NCBI GenBank assembly: GCA_963821895.1
Contig: CAWGFQ010000007.1
Span: 60,203-124,202, forward strand
DNA length: 64,000 bases
Direction: 5' to 3'
From: an uncultured Solirubrobacterales bacterium
GTDB lineage: Bacteria > Actinomycetota > Thermoleophilia > Solirubrobacterales > Solirubrobacteraceae
Positions 1-8,198 of this stretch are shown here, one piece after another. Position 1 is the first letter of the stretch, and each line of letters opens with the position of its first letter. A program made the position numbers and the translations under genes. The notes under the pieces were generated by a model. It saw only the letters and a program-made list of their open reading frames with translations, did no database searches and was not told the origin of the DNA.

Positions 1-176
1 CGCTCGTCGAGGAGCACGGTCGTCGCACCGGCTCGCCGGTGGCCGAGCGTGTGCTCGCCGACTTCGACGGGCTCGTGGGACGCGGGGCCTTCGTCAAGGT
101 GATGCCGCACGACTACAAGCGCGTGCTGCGCGAAACCGAAGAGGAAGAGAAGCAGGCCAGGGAGGTTCCGGCGTGA
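1..176 (+). CDS. gltB: Glutamate synthase large subunit, C-terminal fragment (runs in from the window edge)
   Basis: The frame from nt 3 reads LVEEHGRRTGSPVAERVLADF...FVKVMPHDYKRVL...*, the typical GltB C-terminus, and lies immediately upstream of gltD. Confidence 0.9.
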   Translation, partial: LVEEHGRRTGSPVAERVLADFDGLVGRGAFVKVMPHDYKRVLRETEEEEKQAREVPA

Positions 177-210
177 GCGGGCATGGCCGTACCGTTGGGG
201 GCGTCCGCTG

Positions 211-1833
211 ATGGGCAAGCTCGGCGGCTTCCTGCAGATCGAGCGCCACGGTGCGCGCTACCGCGACCCCGCGGAGCGCGCGCACGACTACCGCGAGTTC
301 GTCGATCCCGCGCCCGAGGCGGAGCTGCGCGAGCAGGGCGGCCGCTGCATGGACTGCGGCGTGCCCTTCTGCCACAACGGCTGTCCCCTGGGCAATCTCA
401 TCCCCGACTGGAACGACCTCGTCTATCGCGACCGCTGGCAGGAGGCGATCGCGCAACTGCACGCCACCAACAACTTCCCCGACTTCACCGGGCGGTTGTG
501 CCCCGCACCGTGCGAAGCCGCCTGTGTGCTTGAGATCCGCGAGGGCGACGCGGTCACGATCAAGCAGATCGAGCACGCCATCATCGACCGCGCCTTCGCC
601 GAAGGCTGGGTCCGCCCCGAGCCCCCGCGGCGCGAGACGGGCCAGGCCGTGGCCGTCGTGGGCAGCGGGCCCGCCGGGATGGCAGCCGCGCAGCAGCTGC
701 GCCGCGCGGGGCACCGGGTCGTGCTGTATGAGCGCGACGAGGCAGCCGGCGGGCTGGTGCGCTTCGGCGTGCCGGACTTCAAGATCGAGAAGACGGTTGT
801 GCAGCGGCGCGTGGAGCAGCTCGTGGCCGAGGGCGTCGAGCTGTGCTGCGGCGTGGATGTCGGGCGCGACGTGAGCGTCGCGGAGCTGCGCGAGCGCTAC
901 GAGGCGATCGTGCTCGCCACCGGCTCGCGCGTGCCACGCGACCTGCCCGTGCCTGGGCGTGAGCTTGAGGGCGTGCACTTCGCGATGGACTACCTCTACC
1001 AGCGCAACCGCTGGGTGGCGCGGGAGTTCGGTCCCGAGCCGACGGTCGCGCAGCCGCCACTCGCCGTGGCGGGATCGCAGGGCGGCTCGGCGCCTGACGG
1101 GTCGCAGGGCGCCGCTGCGCCGATCACCGCCAGGGACAAGCACGTGATCGTCATCGGCGGCGGCGACACCGGCGCGGACTGCGTCGGCAACGCGCTGCGC
1201 GAGGAAGCCCGCTCGATCGTGCAGCTGGAGCTCTTGCCCGAGCCGCCGGTGCACCGCCCCGACGAGCGCACGCCGTGGCCGCAGTGGCCGCTGAAGTACC
1301 GCCTCAGCTACGCGATGGAGGAGGCCCGCCAGGCGGGCCGCGGCGAGCAGGACTACTCGGTCACCACCACGCGCTTCTCCGACGACGGCCAGGGCCGCGT
1401 CGCCGCGCTGCACATCGCGGAGGCTGCGCCCGCGCCGCCGTTCGCGCCGGTGCAGGGCAGCGAGCGCGAGCTGCCGGCGCAGCTGGTGCTGTTGGCGATG
1501 GGCTTCCTGCACCCCGAGCAGGGGCTGCTGGATCAGCTGGGCGTGGAGAAGGACCCGCGCGGCAACGTCAAGGCCGTCTCCCCCTACACCACCTCGGTGC
1601 CCGGCGTGTTCGCCGCAGGGGACGCCAGGCGGGGCCAGTCCTTGATCGTGTGGGCGATCAACGAGGGGCGCCAGTGCGCGCGCATGGTCGACCGCTTCCT
1701 CGCCCGGCAGCGCGGGGAGGCGGAGGGCGGGGGCTCGCTGCCCGAAGACCAGGGCTGCGCCGGGCACGCCGATGCCGACGAAGGGCCCGAGGGACCGCCG
1801 CAGCACGTGGGGCCGGGCGTCGGCGCGGGGTAG
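211..1833 (+). CDS. gltD: Glutamate synthase small subunit
   Basis: Fe-S motifs RCMDCGVPFCHNGCP and GRLCPAPCEAAC, FAD motif GSGPAG, NAD(P) motif GGGDTGADC, and FAAGDARRGQSLIVWAI. Confidence 0.97.
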   Translation: MGKLGGFLQIERHGARYRDPAERAHDYREFVDPAPEAELREQGGRCMDCGVPFCHNGCPLGNLIPDWNDLVYRDRWQEAIAQLHATNNFPDFTGRLCPAPCEAACVLEIREGDAVTIKQIEHAIIDRAFAEGWVRPEPPRRETGQAVAVVGSGPAGMAAAQQLRRAGHRVVLYERDEAAGGLVRFGVPDFKIEKTVVQRRVEQLVAEGVELCCGVDVGRDVSVAELRERYEAIVLATGSRVPRDLPVPGRELEGVHFAMDYLYQRNRWVAREFGPEPTVAQPPLAVAGSQGGSAPDGSQGAAAPITARDKHVIVIGGGDTGADCVGNALREEARSIVQLELLPEPPVHRPDERTPWPQWPLKYRLSYAMEEARQAGRGEQDYSVTTTRFSDDGQGRVAALHIAEAAPAPPFAPVQGSERELPAQLVLLAMGFLHPEQGLLDQLGVEKDPRGNVKAVSPYTTSVPGVFAAGDARRGQSLIVWAINEGRQCARMVDRFLARQRGEAEGGGSLPEDQGCAGHADADEGPEGPPQHVGPGVGAG

Positions 1834-1844
1834 TCCGGCAGCAG

Positions 1845-1876
1845 CAATGGCGTCCATATTGGTCTGGACGCCATTG
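1845..1876. terminator. Perfect 12-bp hairpin after gltD (terminator-like, at the boundary of the R-M segment)
   Basis: CAATGGCGTCCA-tattggtc-TGGACGCCATTG. There is no U-tract. Confidence 0.55.
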
Positions 1877-1906
1877 AAATGGCGCATGTTGTGCCAGAAC
1901 TCGTAC

Positions 1907-1920
1907 CGAACATATGTTCT
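1907..1920 (+). promoter_or_regulatory. LexA (SOS/Cheo) box upstream of the methyltransferase operon
   Basis: CGAACATATGTTCT matches the Gram-positive consensus GAAC-N4-GTTC. It sits at the -35 position of a TACGGT -10 (1936-1941) that lies 6 nt before ATG 1948. Confidence 0.7.
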
Positions 1921-1947
1921 GTCCGAGGGAGAGCATACGGTCTGGCA

Positions 1948-3396
1948 ATGTCCAAGCTCAACGGTGTCGCTGGCAGGTCGCGTCTCGCCGATATGCGTCC
2001 GCGGCGGCGGATAGCCTCCGGCGCCGTGAACGAGACTGGGCGACCGACCGCCGTCGATCTTTTTGCCGGCGCCGGAGGACTGTCGCTGGGACTGGAGCAA
2101 GCGGGGTTCGATGTCGTCACTGCTGTCGAGTACGACCCAGTCCACGCAGCGGTTCACGCATTCAACTTCCCCCAGACCCAGGTGCTTTGTGCAGATGCGG
2201 CCAAGCTCGGCGCGAACGAATTGCGTGCGTCTGTTCGACGTGGCTACGAACGTCACGACCGAGATTCGGACGCGTGGGACGGGGAAGTCGATTTGGTGGC
2301 TGGCGGACCGCCCTGTCAGGGTTTTTCGACGATCGGCAAGCGCCTGATCGACGACACGCGCAATCGACTTGTATTTCACTTCTTCCGGCTCGTCGCGGAG
2401 CTGCGGCCACGCTACTTTGCGATGGAGAACGTACCCGGTATGCGCGCCGGAGGGCATGCGAGCATCCTCGATCGGCTGGTAGAGGAGTTCAAGGGTATTG
2501 GTTACGTGGTACGCACGCCCCAGATTCTCAATGCCGCCGATTTCGGTGCGCCGCAAGATCGTAAGCGCCTCGTCCTTATCGGCAGCCGAGCGGACCAAAC
2601 GCCCGCCGAGTATCCACAACCGACCGTTACTCCGGTTGCAAAGAGGCCCGATATGGCGCGGCGCTCGTCCAAGGCGGGATCGGCTCTTCCGCTTGGACCC
2701 AACGTGCTCGAAGCAATCGGCGATCTACCAGATCTCGATAGCTTTCCGGAGTTGATCGCACAAGACTGGGTGCGTCTATCTTCGAGACGGCTTGCTGCCG
2801 CGGAGGCTGCCTCGAGCGCTTATGCTCGCCGTTTACGCGGGCTCGACAGCGATCCCACCGACTTCGGCTATCGCCGATCTTGCGACGCCGGTCTTCTGAC
2901 AAGCTCCAGGCGCACTAAGCACACAGGTCTGTCGGTTTCACGATTCGCAAGCACCGCTCCGGGCGCCACCGAGCCGGTAAGTCGTTTCTACCGGCTTCAC
3001 CCCGAAGGCCTTTCGAACACGCTTCGCGCTGGGACCGGAAGCGAGAGAGGTGCCTATACATCGCCTCGACCGATCCATCCTTACCTGGCTCGGGTGTTAT
3101 CGGTACGCGAGGCGGCTCGATTGCACTCGTTTCCAGACTGGTTTCGCTTTAACGAAACGAAATGGCACGGCTTTCGACAGATCGGCAACGCCGTCGTTCC
3201 ACTGGTGGGACGGGCGGTTGGAGCAAGTATCGCGAGCGCGCTTGGAGCGACAGCGGTCGAGCCCGATCTCTTGGTTGAATTGGGCGAGCCGCAGCTGCTT
3301 CGATTCACGATGGCAGCGGCAGTCGCTCACTTTGGAGCTGCCGCCGATGCAATTCCAGCCCCACGGCAACGAGCCGTTCGATTGGCCGCCGCCTGA
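1948..3396 (+). CDS. DNA (cytosine-5)-methyltransferase of a type II R-M system
   Basis: Motif I DLFAGAGG, motif IV GGPPCQGFS, motif VI ENV, motif VIII QDRKR, and motifs IX/X LSVREAARLHSFPD and QIGNAV. The start is uncertain (1948 ATG or 2026 GTG). Confidence 0.95.
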   Translation: MSKLNGVAGRSRLADMRPRRRIASGAVNETGRPTAVDLFAGAGGLSLGLEQAGFDVVTAVEYDPVHAAVHAFNFPQTQVLCADAAKLGANELRASVRRGYERHDRDSDAWDGEVDLVAGGPPCQGFSTIGKRLIDDTRNRLVFHFFRLVAELRPRYFAMENVPGMRAGGHASILDRLVEEFKGIGYVVRTPQILNAADFGAPQDRKRLVLIGSRADQTPAEYPQPTVTPVAKRPDMARRSSKAGSALPLGPNVLEAIGDLPDLDSFPELIAQDWVRLSSRRLAAAEAASSAYARRLRGLDSDPTDFGYRRSCDAGLLTSSRRTKHTGLSVSRFASTAPGATEPVSRFYRLHPEGLSNTLRAGTGSERGAYTSPRPIHPYLARVLSVREAARLHSFPDWFRFNETKWHGFRQIGNAVVPLVGRAVGASIASALGATAVEPDLLVELGEPQLLRFTMAAAVAHFGAAADAIPAPRQRAVRLAAA

Positions 3397-4187
3397 TGGC
3401 TTCTCCCACACGCTACACGCAGCTAATCGAGCATATCTTTCACGAACGATGGAAGCATGGGGCCGAAGAGGTTTTCTTCGAGCGCGCCGACATCGACAGC
3501 GCTGCTCGACATCTCAACATCGAGCCGCCAAAGAATCTCGGCGACCTTGTATACAGCTTCCGCTACCGCGTGGCCCTGCCGGACTCAGTTCGGCGGACGG
3601 CATCTAACGGCCGCGAGTGGATTATTCGACCTGCGGGACGGGCCAAGTATCGATTCGTGCTCGTATCTGAAGCACTAATCGTACCGCGGGCATTGATGGC
3701 CGAGACCAAGGTGCCCGATGCCACCCCTGGGATCGTTGCTCGGTGGCGGCTCAGCGACGAGCAGGCATTGTTGGCGAAGCTCCGCTACAACCGTCTCATA
3801 GACCTTTTTACGGGCGTGAACTGCTATTCGTTGCAGAACCATTTGCGCACGACGGTCCCGGGCCTCGGGCAGGTCGAGACCGACGAGATCTACGTGGGGA
3901 TAGACCGTCGTGGCGCTCAGTTTGTGCTGCCTGTCCAGGCCAAGGGAGGAAGCGATCGGCTCAGCATCGTGCAGATCGAGCAGGATTTCGCGCTCTGCAA
4001 GGCCAAGTTCCCAACGCTGATCGCGTGGCCGATCGCGGCGCAGTTCGTCGGCGACGACCGCATAGCGCTGTTCGACTTCGAGGCGACCGAGGAGGGTGTT
4101 CGTCTCAGTTCCGAGAAGCACTATTCGCTGGTGCCAAAAGACGATGTCAGCGAGGAGGATCTGGCACGATACGGACAGGAGGCGTAG
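3396..4187 (+). CDS. Putative type II restriction endonuclease (PD-(D/E)xK-like)
   Basis: Coupled to the MTase stop (TGATG), lies between the MTase and vsr, and carries a candidate catalytic core VETDEIYVG...PVQAK. Confidence 0.7.
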   Translation: MASPTRYTQLIEHIFHERWKHGAEEVFFERADIDSAARHLNIEPPKNLGDLVYSFRYRVALPDSVRRTASNGREWIIRPAGRAKYRFVLVSEALIVPRALMAETKVPDATPGIVARWRLSDEQALLAKLRYNRLIDLFTGVNCYSLQNHLRTTVPGLGQVETDEIYVGIDRRGAQFVLPVQAKGGSDRLSIVQIEQDFALCKAKFPTLIAWPIAAQFVGDDRIALFDFEATEEGVRLSSEKHYSLVPKDDVSEEDLARYGQEA

Positions 4188-4197
4188 AGTTGCGACC

Positions 4198-4650
4198 GTG
4201 GCAGATACGCGCAGCTTGGAGCAGCGTCAACGAATCATGCGCGCCGTGCGCCAGCGCGACACCGGTCCAGAGCTGACACTGAGACGGGCACTGTTCGCGG
4301 CCGGTATCCGCGGTTGGCGCTGCCATTACGCGCGTGTGCCCGGGCGCCCCGACCTTGCTTGGCCACGACTGAAAGTCGCCGTGTTCGTCGACGGAGCCTT
4401 CTGGCACGGTCACCCCTCGCGTCATCGCGAGGGACGCTCGGGTGCCTACTGGGACGAGAAGATCGCTGGCAACGTTGCACGGGATAGGAGAGTCGATGGG
4501 GAACTCGGGGCTGCCGGCTGGACGGTGCTGCGGGCCTGGGATTTTGAGATACGCCGTGAACTCGAGGCGGTAGTGATACGGGTGTCAGATACGATCCGGT
4601 CGGTCGTACCAAGCGGCGAAGACCGGAGCGCCCGGCCAGAGGTGCTCTAA
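4198..4650 (+). CDS. vsr: Very short patch repair endonuclease
   Basis: RIMRAVRQRDTGPE...GRPDL...VFVDGAFWHGH...YWDEKIAGNVARD...GWTVLRAW. GTG start 7 nt after a TAGAGT -10-like box. Confidence 0.93.
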   Translation: MADTRSLEQRQRIMRAVRQRDTGPELTLRRALFAAGIRGWRCHYARVPGRPDLAWPRLKVAVFVDGAFWHGHPSRHREGRSGAYWDEKIAGNVARDRRVDGELGAAGWTVLRAWDFEIRRELEAVVIRVSDTIRSVVPSGEDRSARPEVL

Positions 4651-4666
4651 GATCGTTTGCGCATCC

Positions 4667-6061
4667 ATGTCCGAGCCTTCAAACAACGGCAGTTTCGCCT
4701 CCGCAACCCTCCCCAAGGTCTGTGTCATCGGCGCGGGCTCCTCGGGGATCGCGGCCGTTAAGGCGCTGCGCGACCGCGGGATTCCCTTCGACTGCTTCGA
4801 GAAGTCAGATCGCGTGGGTGGGAATTGGGTGTTCGGCAACAAGAACGGGATGTCGGCGGCCTACCGCGACCTGTTCATCAACGTCTCGCGCGAGCGCATG
4901 CAGTACGCCGACTACCCGATGCCCTCCTCGATCCCCGACTTCCCCCACCACACGCACATCGCGCGCTACTTCGAGGACTACGTCGACCATTTCGGGCTGC
5001 GCGAGTCGATCGAGTTCGAGACTGGCGTGCAGCACGCAGCGCGGCGCGAGGACGGGGCGTGGGAGATCGCGCTCGATACCGGTCAGACGCGCACGTATGA
5101 CGCGCTGCTCGTGGCCAACGGGCACCACTGGGACCAGCGCTGGCCCGAACCTGCCTTCCCGGGTGCGCAGGACTTCGAGGGCGTGCAGATGCACGCGCAC
5201 ACCTATGTGGACAACTCGATCTTCGCCGGCAAGGACGTGGTCGTGCTCGGGATTGGGAACAGTGCCATGGATCTCGCCGTCGAGTCGTCGTATGTGGCAC
5301 GCAATACCTACCTCGCCGCCCGCCGAGGCGCATGGATCGTCCCCAAGTACGTCTTCGGCCGGCCCGTGGACACGCTGCCCAACAACCCGCGCATCCCCTT
5401 CAAGATCCGCCAGCGCCTGATCCACCAGACGATCAAGGTGGCCGCCGGCGATCCCACGCACTTCGGGTTGCCCAAGCCCGACCACAAGTTCGGCGAGGCA
5501 CACCCAACGGTCTCCGGGCGCATCCTCGACCGCATCGCCCACGGCACAATCGCACCCCGGCCGAACATCGCCTCGCTCGACGGCGAGCAGGTGCGCTTCG
5601 TCGACGGCAGCGCCGTGCACGCCGACGTGGTCGTGTATTGCACCGGCTACAAGATCGCCTTCCCCTTCTTCGACGAGGACCTGATCAGCGCGCCCGAGAA
5701 CCACATCGAGCTGTTCCGGCGCGTCTTTCATCCGCAGATCGACAACGTCTTCTTCATCGGCCTGCTGCAGCCGCTGGGCGCGATCATGCCGCTCGCCGAG
5801 GCGCAGAGCGCGTGGGTGGGCGACTACCTGCGCGGCGAGTACGCGCTGCCGCAGGCCGCGCAGCTGCGCAAGGAAATAGCGGACGACCAGGCCGCGATGC
5901 GCAAGCGCTACGTTGCCTCCAAGCGCCATACGATCCAGGTGGACTACGACGACTACCTCTACGCGCTCGCGCAGGAGCGCCAGGCGGGCGCGCAGCGGGC
6001 GCGGGCAGCGGGCCTCGCGCTGCCGGTGGCTCCGCGCGCGGGCGCCGCGATCGGCGTCTGA
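4667..6061 (+). CDS. Flavin-containing monooxygenase (FMO family)
   Basis: FAD motif GAGSSG, GGNW, FMO signature FEGVQMHAHTY, NADP motif GIGNSA, and YCTGY. Confidence 0.93.
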   Translation: MSEPSNNGSFASATLPKVCVIGAGSSGIAAVKALRDRGIPFDCFEKSDRVGGNWVFGNKNGMSAAYRDLFINVSRERMQYADYPMPSSIPDFPHHTHIARYFEDYVDHFGLRESIEFETGVQHAARREDGAWEIALDTGQTRTYDALLVANGHHWDQRWPEPAFPGAQDFEGVQMHAHTYVDNSIFAGKDVVVLGIGNSAMDLAVESSYVARNTYLAARRGAWIVPKYVFGRPVDTLPNNPRIPFKIRQRLIHQTIKVAAGDPTHFGLPKPDHKFGEAHPTVSGRILDRIAHGTIAPRPNIASLDGEQVRFVDGSAVHADVVVYCTGYKIAFPFFDEDLISAPENHIELFRRVFHPQIDNVFFIGLLQPLGAIMPLAEAQSAWVGDYLRGEYALPQAAQLRKEIADDQAAMRKRYVASKRHTIQVDYDDYLYALAQERQAGAQRARAAGLALPVAPRAGAAIGV

Positions 6062-6161
6062 CGGAGGCGCGCTCGGTCCTTTTGGCCGGGGTTTGCGGGC
6101 CACGCTCGGTCTCTTCGACCGGGTTTGCGGGCCGCGCTGGGTCTCTGCGATCGGCGTCTGA
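6047..6161 (+). repeat. 15-bp direct repeat of the FMO 3' end bracketing degenerate ~33-bp tandem units
   Basis: GCGATCGGCGTCTGA occurs at 6047-6061 and 6147-6161. Between them GGGTTTGCGGGCC(A/G)CGCT(C/G)GGTCTCT occurs twice. Confidence 0.75.
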
Positions 6162-6219
6162 GAGACGTTCCTCGCCGCCGCGCAAGGATGCGACGGGGAG
6201 AGTCGCTAAGTTCATCGGT

Positions 6220-7254
6220 ATGTCGCGTTTCTGTCGTCACGGCCGCTTCGTCGAGCGTTGCTCGATCTGCCGCGACACGGTGCCCGGGCTGGCGCCCGCC
6301 GCCAAGGGTTCGACTGTCGCCGGCGGCTCGCGGCGCTCGACGAGCACATCGCGTGGCTCCGCCGCGGATCGTCGCCGCGCACGGGCGGGCTCGCGCAATC
6401 TGCGTGTCTACAGCGACGGCGCGCCGCGGGGCGAGGATGACGGCTACCGCTGCGCGCTCGTGCCGGGGCTGCGCAACTCCCAGGATGCCCGGCGCCTCGC
6501 GCAGGAGGTTGCCTTCTCAAACGCCCGTCTGGCGGTGCTAGGCGGCAGCTCGCCCCCCGGGCTGTATGCGGAGATTCGCCAGCAGGGCAGCTGGGAGCGG
6601 GCTACCTGGATGTGCTTCCTGATCGCTTATTTATCGCCGCTGCAGGGCGACGCTCCGTTTCTGGGTATCCGCCAGGCGCTGCGCGGTAGCGGTGGCGGGG
6701 AGATCCCCGACTGGGAGATCGCGCAGGAGCTGCCGGACCTCGACGATGTGCCGCTGGGGCCGCGCACCTGCCACGACCCGGAGCGCGGGGTGGATACCGT
6801 GCGCGCCTATCTGCAGTGGGCGCAGCGCGGCGGCTCGCAGGTACGCGCCTTCTCGGGCGATCCCACCTGGAGCGAGGAGCGGCGCTTTGAGCGGCTGTTC
6901 GAGCGGCTGCAGCTGCCCGGCTTCGGGCGCATGGGGCGCTATGACCTGCTCGTCACGCTGGGGCGCCTCGGGTTGTATGAGATGCGCGCCGACGCCATGC
7001 ACTTCGCCGGGGGTCTCACGCAGGCCACGGGCGACCTCGCCACGCTCGGCGCGAAACGGCTGTTCGGCATCGGCGATCCGCTGATCCTCGAGCGCCGCGC
7101 GCTGGCGCTCGCCGAGGGTTGCGGCGTGCCGGTGGAAGCGCTTGACGTGGCGTTCGCGAACTGGAGCATCGACGAGCGGGCCACGTTGGGTATGCCCGCT
7201 GACACCTGCGACGAGCAGGCGCTGGAGCGTGCAGGGAGTGCGTTGGAGCTCTGA
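6220..7254 (+). CDS. Hypothetical protein resembling alpha-glutamyl/putrescinyl-thymine pyrophosphorylase clade 3 (HhH-like), with an N-terminal CxH-x5-CxxC motif
   Basis: WMCFLIAY...FERLFERL..GFGRMGRYDLLVTLGRLGL....ATLGAKRLFG resembles the FGRxxxFDxLxxLGxLGL...GARxLFG pattern I recall for that family. ATG 6220 follows a TAAGTT -10-like box. Confidence 0.55.
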   Translation: MSRFCRHGRFVERCSICRDTVPGLAPAAKGSTVAGGSRRSTSTSRGSAADRRRARAGSRNLRVYSDGAPRGEDDGYRCALVPGLRNSQDARRLAQEVAFSNARLAVLGGSSPPGLYAEIRQQGSWERATWMCFLIAYLSPLQGDAPFLGIRQALRGSGGGEIPDWEIAQELPDLDDVPLGPRTCHDPERGVDTVRAYLQWAQRGGSQVRAFSGDPTWSEERRFERLFERLQLPGFGRMGRYDLLVTLGRLGLYEMRADAMHFAGGLTQATGDLATLGAKRLFGIGDPLILERRALALAEGCGVPVEALDVAFANWSIDERATLGMPADTCDEQALERAGSALEL

Positions 7255-7331
7255 AGGGCGGCGCCGACGAGCAGCGCCGGCTGCCCTGGAGCTCTGAAAA
7301 GTACCGTCCACACGGGGGCTTACAGTTTCGC

Positions 7332-7825
7332 GTGTCCATCGCTTCATTCGCCCAGGCCAGCCTTCCGTGCCCCATCTCTGCTTCATCGAGCCCAAAGACG
7401 CCATTCGAGTCATCGCCGAGTCGGTCGGCCGCGAGGCGCGCCGTCAGCTCGTCGGCGAGGTGGTGCGGGCGTGGGTCGATGACATCCCCGATCAAGAGCT
7501 CTCCCTGCACTACGCCAAGGCGGTCGCGGGTCTCGACAACGACGACCTCAGCATGCTCGCCGCCTGGCACGCCTCGCTTGAGGTCGGCCAGCCAATCCCC
7601 AACACCAAATTCCTCATGGGCGTCTTCCCACGCCTCGGCGACAACCGCCGCGAGGCGCTGAAGATCGCCGCCGGCTTCCGCGGCGAGGAAGCGTTCCAGG
7701 CGGGCGTCGCCGAGGATCAGGCGCTCGACACGGTGCTCCCCCGCCTCTCGCGCGCGCGCGCCGTCGAGCTGGCCAACGAGTGCATCGAGCTGTACCTGTG
7801 GGATCGCATGGGCTGTGAGAACTAG
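7332..7825 (+). pseudogene. Hypothetical protein apparently frameshifted by a 2-nt (TC) duplication at 7377-7378
   Basis: Leaderless-type GTG 7332 follows TACAGT and reads MSIASFAQASLPCPI. Removing TC joins it to CFIEPKDAIRV... (ORF 7367-7825, good host codon usage) and creates a CPIC motif. Confidence 0.55.
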
Positions 7826-7899
7826 ACGCCTGTCAGGCGTCGCCAGGCTGCGTGCCTGGAGGCGCAGGCTCTGTCTCGGGTCGATAGAGTTGAACAGGC

Positions 7900-8196
7900 A
7901 TGCCCACGGTTGAGGACGTCATGGATGCGTTGTCCAACGTGATCGACCCCGAGCTCGGCCTGGATTTCGTCGAGCTCGGGCTGATCTACGGGGTGGACAT
8001 CGACGGCGCCAACGTTGCCGTCACCTTCACGCTAACCACGCCCGGCTGCCCGATCGGGCCGCAGGTCACCGAACAGATCGAAGAGTTCGTAGGCGAGCTG
8101 GAGGGTGTGGAAGAAGTCGAGTCCGAGATGGTCTTCACGCCGCCGTGGTCGCCCGAGAAGATGACCGAGGACGCCAAGTTCGCGCTCGGCTACTGA
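7900..8196 (+). CDS. sufT: DUF59/SufT-type metal-sulfur cluster assembly factor
   Basis: VIDPELGLDFVELGLIY, TLTTPGCP and PPWSPEKM signature motifs. Confidence 0.9.
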   Translation: MPTVEDVMDALSNVIDPELGLDFVELGLIYGVDIDGANVAVTFTLTTPGCPIGPQVTEQIEEFVGELEGVEEVESEMVFTPPWSPEKMTEDAKFALGY

Positions 8197-8198
8197 GT

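Noticed and set aside
94..2619. 841-aa minus-strand ORF and other long antisense ORFs (e.g. 10731-12473, 33715-36096, 36747-38711, 45801-47846, 54257-56716)
   Set aside because: They are shadows of real genes in high-GC DNA, where stops are rare on the antisense strand, and they carry no family motifs.
6061..6161. ~33-bp degenerate repeats as a mini-CRISPR or REP element
   Set aside because: There are no spacers, the copies are degenerate, and I did not see them elsewhere in the window.
5332..6219. N-terminal extension of the 640-aa ORF 5332-7254
   Set aside because: It overlaps FMO in another frame and is Arg/Pro-rich noise. The credible start is ATG 6220.
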